A stretch of DNA of 64,000 nt from Cenarchaeum sp. (GCA_965242695.1 CBDESU010000001.1:1184001-1248000), one strand, 5' to 3'; positions 10,509 through 21,156 are shown, counted from the stretch's first letter. Made by a program: numbers and translations. Notes: generated by a model from the letters alone, not told the origin.

Positions 10509-11666
10509 ATGAAAAAGTTCACCATGAGCCTAGAACCGAGCGTTGTAAAGTGGGTCATCGACAGCAGTGGCATGGACCACGACACGGTAGCGCAAAAGAC
10601 GGGCGTCGACAAGGCGCTCGTCGACAGGTGGGCCGACACTGGTGTGATGGAATACTCCAAGATGTGCCTCCTGGCAGACTGCGTGAAGCGTCCCGAGGCC
10701 ATACTCTTCCTAAAGTCGCCGCCGGACGACGAGGAGCTGACCGACTACAGGATGGCGCAGGCTACGGGGCAGGCAGGCCTGAGCCCAAAGGACAGGGTTA
10801 CGATTCGCAAGGCTCGCTATGCCCAGTCCATGGCGAGGGAAATGATGGAAGACGGGGGAGACTCGACCAGGCCCCGCATCAGGGGAGGCGTCGCCGTCGG
10901 CGATTCGGCGGAAGATATAGCGGAGTGGGAGCGCGGCAGGCTGCGTGCAAGGGCATCCACGGAGAAGAGCGGGAGTGGCGGCACCTACCGTGGCCTCAGA
11001 GGTGCGATCGAGTCACTCAACATACTCGTATTCCAGCACCCAATGGACGTCCGCAGGGTGCGGGGCCTGACCCTGACAGGCAAGACGCCGTACGCCATAC
11101 TTGTCAACTCCAAGGATCCGGAAGCGGCAAGGGCGTTTACGATTCTCCACGAGTACGGCCATGTCCTGCTTCGAAACGGGGGCATTTGCGACGAGCGGTC
11201 CGACACCGCAGTCCCAAATATTGTGAGCCAGAGAACCGAGTCGTGGTGCAACCAGTTTGCCACCTCGTTTCTGATGCCAAAGGGCGAGTTCGTGGCGGAG
11301 CGTCGCAGGTTCGAAGAAAGCCTGCGCGATCCGGACAAGGTCGTCGAAGAGCTTGCCAAGAAGTTCAGGACCAGCAGATACGCAGCTGCCGTGAGGGCCG
11401 CGAGCCTCCCAGGCACCCGCCTCAGGGGCGACTACGAGTGCCTGCTTCGACTGGCGGCCAACAGCTACAGACCTGCCGTCAAAAAAAGCAAAGGCGGCCC
11501 CGCATTCGTCGACGTGCGCGCAGCACAAATGGGGCACAAGTTCATAAAGCTTGTGCTGTCGTCGTATGACAAGGGCCTGATCAACGCCCGAAATGCGATC
11601 GATTACCTAGACATGGACGCACGTCACTTTGACGGACTTCGAGCAAGGGTGCACGTAGATGAGTAA
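10509..11666 (+). CDS. HTH + ImmA/IrrE-family Zn metallopeptidase
   Basis: N-terminal XRE-like HTH, RAFTILHEYGH (HExxH), ESWCNQFATSFLMP. Confidence 0.88.
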   Translation: MKKFTMSLEPSVVKWVIDSSGMDHDTVAQKTGVDKALVDRWADTGVMEYSKMCLLADCVKRPEAILFLKSPPDDEELTDYRMAQATGQAGLSPKDRVTIRKARYAQSMAREMMEDGGDSTRPRIRGGVAVGDSAEDIAEWERGRLRARASTEKSGSGGTYRGLRGAIESLNILVFQHPMDVRRVRGLTLTGKTPYAILVNSKDPEAARAFTILHEYGHVLLRNGGICDERSDTAVPNIVSQRTESWCNQFATSFLMPKGEFVAERRRFEESLRDPDKVVEELAKKFRTSRYAAAVRAASLPGTRLRGDYECLLRLAANSYRPAVKKSKGGPAFVDVRAAQMGHKFIKLVLSSYDKGLINARNAIDYLDMDARHFDGLRARVHVDE

Positions 11667-12131
11667 CGCATACGTGGCAGATACGAGTTCGCTAATAGGC
11701 CTGAACCTGGCATGTCCGATCAAAAAACGGCGGGACATGTGGGACGGGATATAGAGGCGCTGGCGTCCTCGGGTCGAATCACGGCGCCGTACAGCGTGTA
11801 CAAGGAAATAGACCCCCGCAACACAGATCTTCACTCGTGGGCCAAAAGCCACATGGAGGTTTTTGCCGTGCAAGGCCAAGAGGTGGCCAAGCTGGCGCAA
11901 AAAATCGCCGCCAACAACCGGTCACTCCCAAGCCACGACAGGAGCAGGCCCAATGCAGACCCCTATGCGATAGCGCTGGCCAAGCTGCAACAGGGACGAC
12001 TGGCAGGTCGCCGCCAGGTCATAGTCACGGAAGAGCGCGACAAGCCGGGCATGATACCAGATGTCGCAAGGCGGTACGGCATAGAATGCATCAATCTGGA
12101 GGGCATGATCAGGGAAGAGGGATGGGCCTAG
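11659..12131 (+). pseudogene. DUF4411-like PIN-domain protein, frameshifted near 11745-11752
   Basis: ATG 11659 gives MSNAYVADTSSLI...MWDGI* ; other frame continues IEALASSGRITAPYSVYKEI...ADPYAIALA...IVTEE...IPDVA; usual partner of ImmA/IrrE genes. Confidence 0.78.
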
Positions 12132-12486
12132 CCGGCCGCCAGGTCCGGCCCGCTGCCGCCCTGCGGGGCTCTGGACTGCGTTTGCCGGCGCGTGCAGGAA
12201 TAGCTGCACATCTCCAAGCTCGGCACCACGGCGGCCCGAGACGGGCACAATGGGATGCCAGCCCACCGCAGGCGCGCAGGGATGCTCGGGCATCTCGGCC
12301 CGCACAAGAAGGCGGCGCCAGGCATCGGCAGGCCGCACCCGCGCATCTGCGCGCGCGGATATCCGAGGTCGGCGCAGTGCAACCCGCAGCGGACAGGGCG
12401 CAGGAGGGCGCGCGTACGAACCGGCAGAGCGCGGGCGCCCCCTATCCCCCCTTCCCTCGGCGGCGCAGATCCGTCCCCCGCACCGC

Positions 12487-12492
12487 ATAAAT
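12487..12492 (+). promoter_or_regulatory. TATA box ATAAAT
   Basis: 28 nt before ATG 12515. Confidence 0.75.
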
Positions 12493-12514
12493 CCGCCCCG
12501 TCCCGCCCGCCCGC

Positions 12515-13576
12515 ATGGGCGGTGCAAAGAGGGGCAGTGCAGGGGCTGGCGGCGGGGGCGCCCCCGGCACGCCCAGGGGCATCGACCCCAAGCTCCTGGC
12601 AGAGGCGGTGGGCGGCGGGGGAGAGTGCCCCGACCTCGCATCCTGCGACGAGTCCGTGCGAAAGAACCCCGGCAGCGCCGCCGCCCACATGAACAGGGGC
12701 CTGGCCCTGGCAGGGGCCGGGCGCATCGACGATGCGCTCGATGCGTTCGGCGAGGCCGTCAAGATCGACCCGTCCATCGCCTCGGCGCACGCAATGCGCG
12801 GCATCCTGTTCATGTTCTCTTCCAGGAACGCCGAGGCCGCCGGCGCGTTCGAGTCGGCCGTCGCGGCGGACCCGGACTACGCGATGGCCCACAAGGGGCT
12901 TGCATCGGCGAGCATGCAGGCCGGCAGGTACAAGGCCGCCGTCAAGTCGCTCGGCGAGGCCGTCCGGCTCGAGCCGTCCAGCGCCGAGGCGCGCATCAGC
13001 CTCGGCAACGCGCTGGCCGAGTCGGGGCGCGACGTAGAGGCCCTCGCATCGTGCGAAGAGGCCGTCCGGCTCGAGCCCCGCAGCCACGAGGCGCGCATGG
13101 CGGCCGGCGGCGCGCTGCTCAACCTGCGCAGGTACAAGAGGGCGCTAGCAGAGTTCACGGCGGCCGCCAGGCTCAGGCCCAAGGAGTCCGAGGCCCACGT
13201 GTGCAGGGGGCGCGCGCTGCTCGGGATGGGAAAGAGCAGGAGGGCGGCCGCGGCGTTCGGCAGGGCCGCAAGGCTGGATCCCGGCAGCGGGCCCGCCCGC
13301 TACGGCCGCGCCCAGGCCTTCCACCGCCTCGGCCTGGAGGAGAGGGCGCTTGCGGCCATCGACAGGGCCGCGGCCATCGGGCCGGACAGCGCGGACATGC
13401 ACCTGCTGCGCGCCGACATACTCTGCGGCCTCGGCAGGGAGGGCGATGCGATCACAGAGTGCGAAGAGGCCGAGAGGATCGACCCCGGCAACTCGATGGC
13501 CACAATGGCGCTAGATGCGCTGCGGGCAGAGGCCGAGCAGGCAATGTCCAAGCGGGCAGGGGGCAGGCGCGCATAG
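12515..13576 (+). CDS. TPR-repeat protein
   Basis: About 8 TPR units. Confidence 0.92.
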   Translation: MGGAKRGSAGAGGGGAPGTPRGIDPKLLAEAVGGGGECPDLASCDESVRKNPGSAAAHMNRGLALAGAGRIDDALDAFGEAVKIDPSIASAHAMRGILFMFSSRNAEAAGAFESAVAADPDYAMAHKGLASASMQAGRYKAAVKSLGEAVRLEPSSAEARISLGNALAESGRDVEALASCEEAVRLEPRSHEARMAAGGALLNLRRYKRALAEFTAAARLRPKESEAHVCRGRALLGMGKSRRAAAAFGRAARLDPGSGPARYGRAQAFHRLGLEERALAAIDRAAAIGPDSADMHLLRADILCGLGREGDAITECEEAERIDPGNSMATMALDALRAEAEQAMSKRAGGRRA

Positions 13577-13645
13577 GCCGGCGGCGCGGGCGGGCGGGCG
13601 GGCCGAGGGCAAACGGCATAAAGGGACGCATTCGGCCCGGCCGGC

Positions 13646-14458
13646 ATGGCCGGCGGCGGCTCGGGAGGCGGCGCAGAGGCGGCGGCCGCGCGCGTGTGGG
13701 CCGCGGCGGCGGCGGCGCGGGAGTGCGCCGCGGCGGCGCACATGCTCGCAGCACGGACCGCGTGCCTGCAGGCGCGGGAGGCCATGGCAGAGGCGGCGGC
13801 GGCCGGCATCGACACGGCCGGCGCAGGCGGCAAGATAGTGGGGAGGGACCGCCGAATAAGGCTATCGGCGCTCAAGGATACCGTGGCGGTGCTCGACAGG
13901 GCCGTATGCGCGCAGCGGCGCGCAAGGGCTGCGTTCAGGGAGGCCGCGCGGCGGGCGCGGTCGGCGGCGGCCGAGATGGGGCGCGGCGCCGAGGCGCATG
14001 CGGCGGCAGGGGACGCGCGGCGGGCGCGGACGCTGCGCAGGAGGGCCGTGCGGGCGCGCAGGATGGCCCGAACCGCCTCTGGGCATGCCCGGCTGGCGGC
14101 CAAGGATGCGAGGACGACCCGAAGGGCATCCAAGGGGTGGGCCGCATGCGCTGCCGAGTGGGACGACGGGGGAGAGTGGCCCGGCGACAGGTCGTCGTGG
14201 ACGGGCATGGAGGCCAGTGTGCGGGCAGGCGCCGAGCGCGAGCGGGCATTGTGGCTGGGCAGGGCCGAGAAGGCGGCTGCGGCGCGCGACGCGGCCGCCG
14301 GCGGCATGGAAAGGGCCCTTGCGGCGGCCAAAAATGCCGCCGCCGAGGCCGGGCGGATGCGGCCGCTGCCCTCGGTCGCCAAGGATGCGGCCGCCGCGCT
14401 GGCCGAGGCCACGGATGCGGCCGAGAAGGCGGCAGAGACGTTGCAGGCCTTCGAGTGA
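13646..14458 (+). CDS. Ala/Arg-rich helical hypothetical protein
   Basis: GGC-ATAAAG 28 nt upstream (13618); coiled-coil-like with Trp-containing core. Confidence 0.6.
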   Translation: MAGGGSGGGAEAAAARVWAAAAAARECAAAAHMLAARTACLQAREAMAEAAAAGIDTAGAGGKIVGRDRRIRLSALKDTVAVLDRAVCAQRRARAAFREAARRARSAAAEMGRGAEAHAAAGDARRARTLRRRAVRARRMARTASGHARLAAKDARTTRRASKGWAACAAEWDDGGEWPGDRSSWTGMEASVRAGAERERALWLGRAEKAAAARDAAAGGMERALAAAKNAAAEAGRMRPLPSVAKDAAAALAEATDAAEKAAETLQAFE

Positions 14459-14551
14459 TCCCGTCCCGCGCGGCGCGCGGGCGGCTGCGGTCCGTCCGGC
14501 CGCGCAGGGCGGGCCGCATGCCCGGGCAGGCGCCGCCCGGGACCCGGCCGG

Positions 14552-17500
14552 CTACGGCCCGGCGCACAGGACGCTGTACGTGACGCTCTGAGAGATTGCG
14601 CCGCCGGGCGCCGCATCGTACGGCTCTAGGTTGAGCCTGAACCACAGCGTTGCATCGTCCCCGCCGCCGAGCCCGCGCGCCACCGCCGTCCCGTCTCCGA
14701 CCGCGGCGTACTCGCCGTCCCTGCCGTCCTCGCTCACCTCGGATGCGGATGCCGGCAGGCCCGCATGGATGCGCGCGACAAGGGCGGCCGACGCCCTGCC
14801 CTCGCCCCCTCCGGACGCGGGGGCCGGCAGGGACGGGTATCCGGCGCCCGGCGGGGGGCCGGCGTCCGAGGCGGCCCGCCACGGGGACGCCTCGATCTCC
14901 ACGCGCGCAAACGGCGCCGATCCAGAGTTGATCAGAACCTGCTCGACGGGATCCGAGGTGCTGCCGGGCCTCGCAGCGCCGATATCCAGGGTCTGCGACC
15001 CGAGTCCGACCGAGCACGTGTAGCGCGCCGGCGGCGGCGCGCCATTCCCGGACACGACGGTGCCGAACCGCGTCAGGTGGTACGTGTAGATCACCATATC
15101 CTCGCCGTCGTCCGAGTCGATCCGGCACTCGCCCGAGCCGCCGAGGTGGCGGTGGACCCTTTCCGTGTCGTCGGCCGCGCATGCGTCGTCGATCGGCCTC
15201 GGCGCGCCGCCGGCGCCGCCGTCGATGTAGAACGCGCGGCCGCCGGCCTGGCCCTCTAGCGATATGCGGACGGGCTTGCTGAATAGAACGCGGCCGTCCT
15301 CGTCGCCGACCTCTACGATGCTCCGCAGGACGACCGCGCCCGGGCCGCCGTATGCGAGATCCTGTATGGAAGAGTTCGAAGGCGGGCCGTCAGATGCGGC
15401 GACAACGTGCAGTGCGAGCAGGCCGTCGGGCGGAACCGACGTCGCCGTCGCCCCCGGCGGGAACGACACGGATGCGAACGACGTCGACACGACGGCGCCG
15501 CCGGGCGGAAACTGCACGGCTCCGTCCCCGTCGCCGGCTCTCGCCAGGCCCGTCACGTTGATCGTGACGCGGACGTCGTCCCCGCTGTTGGCGAGGTCGC
15601 TCTGGACTGCCACATCGCCCGTCCCGAACACGACCGTTGCGGTGTTTTCGGTGCCATTGCTGCCACCGTCGCCGCTGCCGCCGTTCCCGCCGCCGTTCCC
15701 GCCGTTCCCGCCGTTCCCGCCGCCGTTCCCGCCGCCGTTCCCGCCGCCATCACCACCGTCGCCGCTGCCGCCGTTCCCGCCGTTCCCGCCGCCGTTCCCG
15801 CCGTTCCCGCCGCCATCACCACCGTCGCCGCTGCCGCCGTTCCCGCCGTTCCCGCCGCCGTTCCCGCCGTTCCCGCCGCCATCACCACCGTCGCCGCTGC
15901 CGCCGTTCCCGCCGTTCCCGCCGCCATCACCACCGTCGCCGCTGCCGCCGCTGCTACCGCCGTTCCCGCCGCCTGCGCCGGTGCTGATTGTTATGGAACT
16001 GCCGTACAGCGACGTTTCAGAGCCCGTGTCGGGAAGATCCAGGTCGGCCGGGTTCATGGCCTCGTCCCCGACAGAGCCGCCTCCGGCAGACAGGGCATCC
16101 GTGCCGGTATAGTCCAGGCGGCCCGTGGCGTCGCCTTCCTGCACCGCGTACACGAACGTCAGCCTGCCGGTGCCGCTGCCCGTCGCATAGTGGGCGTTCC
16201 GGTCGATCCTGCCCGTCTCCAGCTCGAGTACTGGGGCGCCCGCCACGTAGACCTCTTCGCTGAACTCGACGGCAACGTGGATCTCGTCCCCGAGGGCGTA
16301 CGTGCCGCTGCCGTTTGGCGACGAGACGGACAGCACGGTCGGCGGCCGGGTGTCGATTCGTATGGCCCCTTGGCTGCCGAGCAGCCCGCCCGCGGCCGGG
16401 TCGGGCAGGGACAGGCTCGCGGCAGGGTTGCCGGCCAGGTCCGTGATCGTGCTGCCGCCGTCGGACAGGGCCCCTGTGCCGGCATATCCAAGGTCGGCCG
16501 CATTGTCGCCCTCTTCCACCGTGTAGGCAAACGACAGGTTTCTGCCGGCGCTGCCGGCCCTGTCGTACTTGGCGGCACGGTCGCCGGCCGCCTCGTCGAG
16601 CCTCAGTGCGATCGACGGCGCATCGGCGCCGGCGTCGACGACCACATCCTCGTCGAACGAGACCGTGATTTGGATGACCGAGCCTGGGCCGTACGCGCCG
16701 CTCGCGTTCGGCGACGAGACGGACTCGGCGGCCGGGGCGACGGTATCCGGTACAATGGCCCTTGCGTGCGAGAGCGAGCCGGGGGCGCGGGGCTCGGGCA
16801 GCCCCAGGTCGACGGCGTTTCCCTGCATGTCGGTTACGGCACCCCTCGAGATCAGGGCGCCTGCGTGCGCGTACTCTAGGACGCCGGCGCTGGAGGCGGG
16901 GGCCGAGTCGCCCGGCATTACCGTGTAGTTGAAGACGAGTGCGTCCGTGCCGTTCCCCGACAGGTACGGCGCGGTCCTGTTCTCGCCATCCAAGGACAGC
17001 AGGAGCGACGGCGGATTCTGCGGATCCTGCAGCACAACGCGCTCGTCGAACGCAACCGTGACGTTGATCGTCGCTCCGGCGGGGTACGAGCCGTTACGTA
17101 TCGGCGAGGACACGCCGGCGACGGACGCCGGCGAGAGCCTGACGAGCTGGACGGCGTCGTCCACCTGCGCGGCGACGAGCGCGTACGTGCGGCCGCCGGC
17201 CTCTAGGACGGCGACGCCCTCTGCGTTGTCAAGGGCGTCGAACCCTCCCCTTTCGTCCCTGGCCGACGCCTCGGCGGCAAGCGTTCCGTCCGCGTTGATG
17301 CGGGCCAGCTGGATGCCGTCGTCCGTGTACGAGGCCACAAGGGCGTACGTCCACCCTCCCATCGCGAACACGGCGGCGTCCGAGGCGCCGCCGAGCGCGT
17401 CAAAGCCGGCGGTTCCGTTGGCAGCCGATCCCGCGTCGACAATGGTGCCGTTTGGCAAGATGTCGACGAGCTGTAGGGCGTGGCCGCCATACGACGGCAC

Positions 17501-19399
17501 GGCGGCGCGCGTGCGGCCGTCCATGTCGAATACGGTGGCACCGGTGGGGCCGAGCATCGAGTCGAATCCGCCCGTGCCGCGCGTGGCCGAGCCGTTGTGC
17601 AGTATTGTTCCGTTCGCAAGTATGCTGACGAGCTGGAGGCTGTCGGCGTCGTGCGAGGCCACGAGGGCGCGGGGCGGGCTGCCTGGGCCGGCGCCGGCCG
17701 CGGCGGCAGACGAGGCGCCGAGCGCATCGACGGCGGCGGCGCCGGCGAGCCTGAACTGGCCGCCGTGCACGGCCGTTCCGTTGCCCGCAAGGGTGCCGTT
17801 CGAGAGGATACTGACGAGCTGGAGGCCGCCGGCGCCGCCGCGCGCGGTCACTAGGATCCTGGCCAGGCCGTCTCCTCCTCCGGCAGGCATGGGCACCGCG
17901 GACGCGCCCGATGCGCGAGCGAGCGCCGGAAGCGCCGCGCTGGTCGCAGAGCCGTTTGCAGAGAGGGTGCCGTTCGGGAGGATGTCGACGAGCTGGATGC
18001 TGTTGCCGTCCTGCGAGGATACGAGGGCGCGCACCATGCCGCCGGCCTCGAACAGGGCGATATCCAAGGGGCGAAACAGGGAAAACCCGCCCCCGTCCGT
18101 GGCCCATCCGCCGGCCGAGAGCGTGCCGTTCGGGTCGATGCGGATCAGCTGGATGCCGTGGTCCGCAGGCGCCGAGCTGCCGGCAGCGGCAACCAGCGCG
18201 TACGCGCTGCCGTTCATGTAGAAAGATGCGACGTCGCTCGCCCCCCTTAGCATGTCGAATCCGTCCCCGTGGACGGCCGAGCCGTTTGCCCTCAGGACCG
18301 GAATGGGCCCTCCCAGCACGCCGATCGAGCTGGAGGCGGCAAGCGATCCCGGATCTCCGGGCTCGGGCAGGGGCAGGGCGTCCGCGGCGATGCCGTTGTC
18401 CGCGTTGGCAATCGTTCCGCCTTCTAGTGATAGGGAGCTTGCACTGGCATAGTCCAGTTGCTCTGCCTCGTCGCCGGGCCGCACCGTGTACAGGAACGAC
18501 AGGCTCGCCGTCCCGTTGCCGCCCGCGTACGTAGCATTCCGCGGCGGATCTGTGTTCAGCATCAGGCGCGGCTCGGCCGTGATCACGGCCGGCTTTTCAA
18601 GGGACACCGTAACGTTGACGATTCGGCCCGTGCCGTACGTCCCGTTCCCGTCGGGCGAGTCCACCGATCGCACGGCCGGCGGCGCGGCGTCGACGACCAC
18701 GTCGGACTCGTACCGGAGGGATCCCGGCGTTCCAGGCGTAGGTAAGTTGCAGGTTACAACGTTGCCCTCCGATCGCAAGGAGGGAGCATGCAGGCTATCC
18801 CAGGCGAGATATCCAAGATCCTGCGAGATGTCGCCGGACAGCACGGTGTAACGGTAGTACAGCACGTCGCCGCCCGTCTTGTTGAGAAACTCGGCCGACC
18901 TGTCAGGTATGCTCATAGCTAGGTAGGTGTGGTTCAAGGGGCCAGCACTGGTGGGGTTGAAATGGACAGTCAGATGAGACAAGTTTACGGCCACGTTGTC
19001 GGGACGGTAAAAGGAGATGCGTATATCTATGTTGTCGCCCAACCCGTACGTTCCGTTGGGCACATCAAACCGTATTTCCTGGACACGGCCATTCGAGGTC
19101 GGTGTGAATATACCCGCGATAGAGCCGCAGGACTCAAGGTGATCTGCATACGCATCCTTCAATGCGGGAGGGTACCACGTTGGCATCCACAGGGGCGGCT
19201 CCGCTATAGATCCGGTACGAACCACCTGTTGCAGTGACCCCGCCTCGCCATGCGGCGGCGCCTGCGCCAGTGCAACCGCCAGTACGATCGCAACAGACAG
19301 GGAGACAGCTAGCGGCGCCAGTCGGCTACTGCTCCGGCCGGCAGAGGTCGGACGGAGCCCGGCCGCGCCATTCCGTAACCGGCTCCCCCCCCCCCGCAT
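14552..19399 (-). CDS. Giant secreted/surface protein: Ig-like repeats, beta-propeller-like repeats, Gly/Asn linker
   Basis: Hydrophobic signal LAPLAVSLSVAIVLAVALAQA; five ...F.YTV..GD...L.Y Ig-like units; ALVA...D..QLV.I..NGTL blades; 1615 aa. Confidence 0.85.
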   Translation of the reverse strand: MRGGGSRLRNGAAGLRPTSAGRSSSRLAPLAVSLSVAIVLAVALAQAPPHGEAGSLQQVVRTGSIAEPPLWMPTWYPPALKDAYADHLESCGSIAGIFTPTSNGRVQEIRFDVPNGTYGLGDNIDIRISFYRPDNVAVNLSHLTVHFNPTSAGPLNHTYLAMSIPDRSAEFLNKTGGDVLYYRYTVLSGDISQDLGYLAWDSLHAPSLRSEGNVVTCNLPTPGTPGSLRYESDVVVDAAPPAVRSVDSPDGNGTYGTGRIVNVTVSLEKPAVITAEPRLMLNTDPPRNATYAGGNGTASLSFLYTVRPGDEAEQLDYASASSLSLEGGTIANADNGIAADALPLPEPGDPGSLAASSSIGVLGGPIPVLRANGSAVHGDGFDMLRGASDVASFYMNGSAYALVAAAGSSAPADHGIQLIRIDPNGTLSAGGWATDGGGFSLFRPLDIALFEAGGMVRALVSSQDGNSIQLVDILPNGTLSANGSATSAALPALARASGASAVPMPAGGGDGLARILVTARGGAGGLQLVSILSNGTLAGNGTAVHGGQFRLAGAAAVDALGASSAAAAGAGPGSPPRALVASHDADSLQLVSILANGTILHNGSATRGTGGFDSMLGPTGATVFDMDGRTRAAVPSYGGHALQLVDILPNGTIVDAGSAANGTAGFDALGGASDAAVFAMGGWTYALVASYTDDGIQLARINADGTLAAEASARDERGGFDALDNAEGVAVLEAGGRTYALVAAQVDDAVQLVRLSPASVAGVSSPIRNGSYPAGATINVTVAFDERVVLQDPQNPPSLLLSLDGENRTAPYLSGNGTDALVFNYTVMPGDSAPASSAGVLEYAHAGALISRGAVTDMQGNAVDLGLPEPRAPGSLSHARAIVPDTVAPAAESVSSPNASGAYGPGSVIQITVSFDEDVVVDAGADAPSIALRLDEAAGDRAAKYDRAGSAGRNLSFAYTVEEGDNAADLGYAGTGALSDGGSTITDLAGNPAASLSLPDPAAGGLLGSQGAIRIDTRPPTVLSVSSPNGSGTYALGDEIHVAVEFSEEVYVAGAPVLELETGRIDRNAHYATGSGTGRLTFVYAVQEGDATGRLDYTGTDALSAGGGSVGDEAMNPADLDLPDTGSETSLYGSSITISTGAGGGNGGSSGGSGDGGDGGGNGGNGGSGDGGDGGGNGGNGGGNGGNGGSGDGGDGGGNGGNGGGNGGNGGSGDGGDGGGNGGGNGGGNGGNGGNGGGNGGSGDGGSNGTENTATVVFGTGDVAVQSDLANSGDDVRVTINVTGLARAGDGDGAVQFPPGGAVVSTSFASVSFPPGATATSVPPDGLLALHVVAASDGPPSNSSIQDLAYGGPGAVVLRSIVEVGDEDGRVLFSKPVRISLEGQAGGRAFYIDGGAGGAPRPIDDACAADDTERVHRHLGGSGECRIDSDDGEDMVIYTYHLTRFGTVVSGNGAPPPARYTCSVGLGSQTLDIGAARPGSTSDPVEQVLINSGSAPFARVEIEASPWRAASDAGPPPGAGYPSLPAPASGGGEGRASAALVARIHAGLPASASEVSEDGRDGEYAAVGDGTAVARGLGGGDDATLWFRLNLEPYDAAPGGAISQSVTYSVLCAGP
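15660..15970 (-). repeat. GGNGGNGGSGDGGD-coding tandem repeats
   Basis: Repeated ccgttcccgccg / ccatcaccaccgtcgccgctg blocks. Confidence 0.9.
19385..19395 (-). repeat. G11 tract at the 5' end of the surface protein gene
   Basis: ATG-C-G11-AGC on the minus strand, upstream of the signal peptide codons. Confidence 0.85.
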
Positions 19400-19518
19400 T
19401 GCGCCGCAGGGGGCACGCGGCCGTCCTGCCTGCGGTCGGCGCCTTCACGATCACGGCTTGGCGCCCGGCGCCACGATAATAAAGATGACGCCCGGCGCCT
19501 CCGCCTCCCGCACACCGC

Positions 19519-19524
19519 ATAAAT
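19519..19524 (+). promoter_or_regulatory. TATA box ATAAAT
   Basis: 29 nt before in-frame GTG 19548. Confidence 0.7.
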
Positions 19525-19547
19525 CCGGCCCGGCCCGCGCCGGACAG

Positions 19548-20942
19548 GTGGGCGGCGCGGAATCGGGCGGCAGCGGGGAGGATGCGCCCGAGGGACAGGC
19601 CCCGGCCGATGCCGGCGGCGGCGCGGAATCGGGCGGCGCGGCTGTGGGTACAGGGGATGCCGCCGCCCGCGACAGGCGCGGCTGGGAGCTGCTCGAGGCG
19701 GGCCGCGACGACGAGGCGTTCGCCGAGTTTGGCGAGGCCGTCCGCCTGGATCCCGGCAGCACGAAGAGGCGCGTGGACCTCGCCAAGCTGCTGCACGTCA
19801 GGGGGCGCAGCGAAGAGGCGCTGGCCGTGCTCGCCGACGCCGCCCGGCTCGAGGGCGCCGGCACAGAGGCCCTGCTCCACCGCGGCTATATCCTCATGGA
19901 GATGTCGCTGCACGGCAGGGCCGTGCGCGACTTCAAGGCGGCCATAGGGCGCAGGCCCGGCGGCGCCGACGCCCACGTGTGGCTTGGGGTCGCGTACGGG
20001 CACATGGGCCGCCGCAAGAGCGCCGCCGCCTCGATAGAGAGGGGCCTGCGGCTGGACCCGCGCAACCCGCACGCGCACGTGGCGCACGGCAGGGTGCTGT
20101 TCGGGGCCGGCCGCGCCGCCGATGCCATCGCCGCCTACGACAGGGCGATCCGCATCGACTCCTCCCTGCCCGACGCCCACGACGGGAGGGGCCACGCGCT
20201 GTACATGGACGGGCAGGTCAAAAGTGCGCTCGCCGCGTTCAGGAGGGCCGTGCGGCTCGATCCCGGCATGGCCACCGCGCACCTTGGAATGGGGTACGCG
20301 CTGTACACGACGGGGCGGGGCAGGAGGGCGCTCGCCGCGTTCAAGAAGGCCGCGCGCCTCGATCCCGGCAGATCCGCCGCGCACCTTGGAATGGGCAAGG
20401 CGCTGCTCGGCCTTGGCAGGGACAGGAGGGCGCTCGCGGCGTTCAGGAGGGCCGCCAGGATCGAGCCGCGCCTGGCCGCCGCGCACCTTGGAATGGGCAG
20501 GGCGCTGCTCGGCCTTGGCAGGGACAGGAGGGCGCTCGCCGTCCTGGGCAGGGCCGCGGCCCTGGATCCGGACGGCAGGGACGCGCGGCTCCTGCTCGGC
20601 GGGGCCCTTGCGGACGAGGGGCGGCACAGGGAGGCGCTCGCCGAGTTTGGCGAGGCCGTGCGGATCGACCCGGGGAGCGCGGCGGCGCACTGCGGGCGCA
20701 GCGGCGGCCTGGCCGCCCTTGGCAGGCACGCAGAGGCGCTTGCGGCGGCCGACGAGGCCGCGCGGATCGCCCCTGGGAGCGCGCGCGTTCACGCGGCCCG
20801 CGCCATCGCGCTGGCAGGGACGGGACGTGCGGAAGAGGCCCGCGCGGCCCTCGGCGAGGCGGAGCGGCTGGACCCGGACGGCGGCGATGCGGCAAAGGCG
20901 CGCAGGGTGTTGGACGAGGCGGCCGTGTCGGGCCGGTCCTAG
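19548..20942 (+). CDS. TPR-repeat protein
   Basis: About 12 TPR units; start re-assigned to GTG 19548 (MGGAES). Confidence 0.9.
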   Translation: MGGAESGGSGEDAPEGQAPADAGGGAESGGAAVGTGDAAARDRRGWELLEAGRDDEAFAEFGEAVRLDPGSTKRRVDLAKLLHVRGRSEEALAVLADAARLEGAGTEALLHRGYILMEMSLHGRAVRDFKAAIGRRPGGADAHVWLGVAYGHMGRRKSAAASIERGLRLDPRNPHAHVAHGRVLFGAGRAADAIAAYDRAIRIDSSLPDAHDGRGHALYMDGQVKSALAAFRRAVRLDPGMATAHLGMGYALYTTGRGRRALAAFKKAARLDPGRSAAHLGMGKALLGLGRDRRALAAFRRAARIEPRLAAAHLGMGRALLGLGRDRRALAVLGRAAALDPDGRDARLLLGGALADEGRHREALAEFGEAVRIDPGSAAAHCGRSGGLAALGRHAEALAAADEAARIAPGSARVHAARAIALAGTGRAEEARAALGEAERLDPDGGDAAKARRVLDEAAVSGRS

Positions 20943-21128
20943 GGGCCGGCGGCCGTGGGAGGCTGCCGGAAGGCTGTGCAGTGCGGCAGGAGTGCAGGGC
21001 GCGGCATCCGGGGCGATCCGGCGCAGGGGCGCCATGGCAACGCCCTTTGTCCGGGATGCGTTCCGCCCGACGGGCAGGGACAGGCCGCGGCCGCGTGCGG
21101 CCCCTCCGGCGCCTCCCCGCCGCACGGC

Positions 21129-21134
21129 ATAAAT
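21129..21134 (+). promoter_or_regulatory. TATA box ATAAAT
   Basis: 28 nt before ATG 21157. Confidence 0.75.
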
Positions 21135-21156
21135 CCCGCTCGCATGGCCCGATCGC

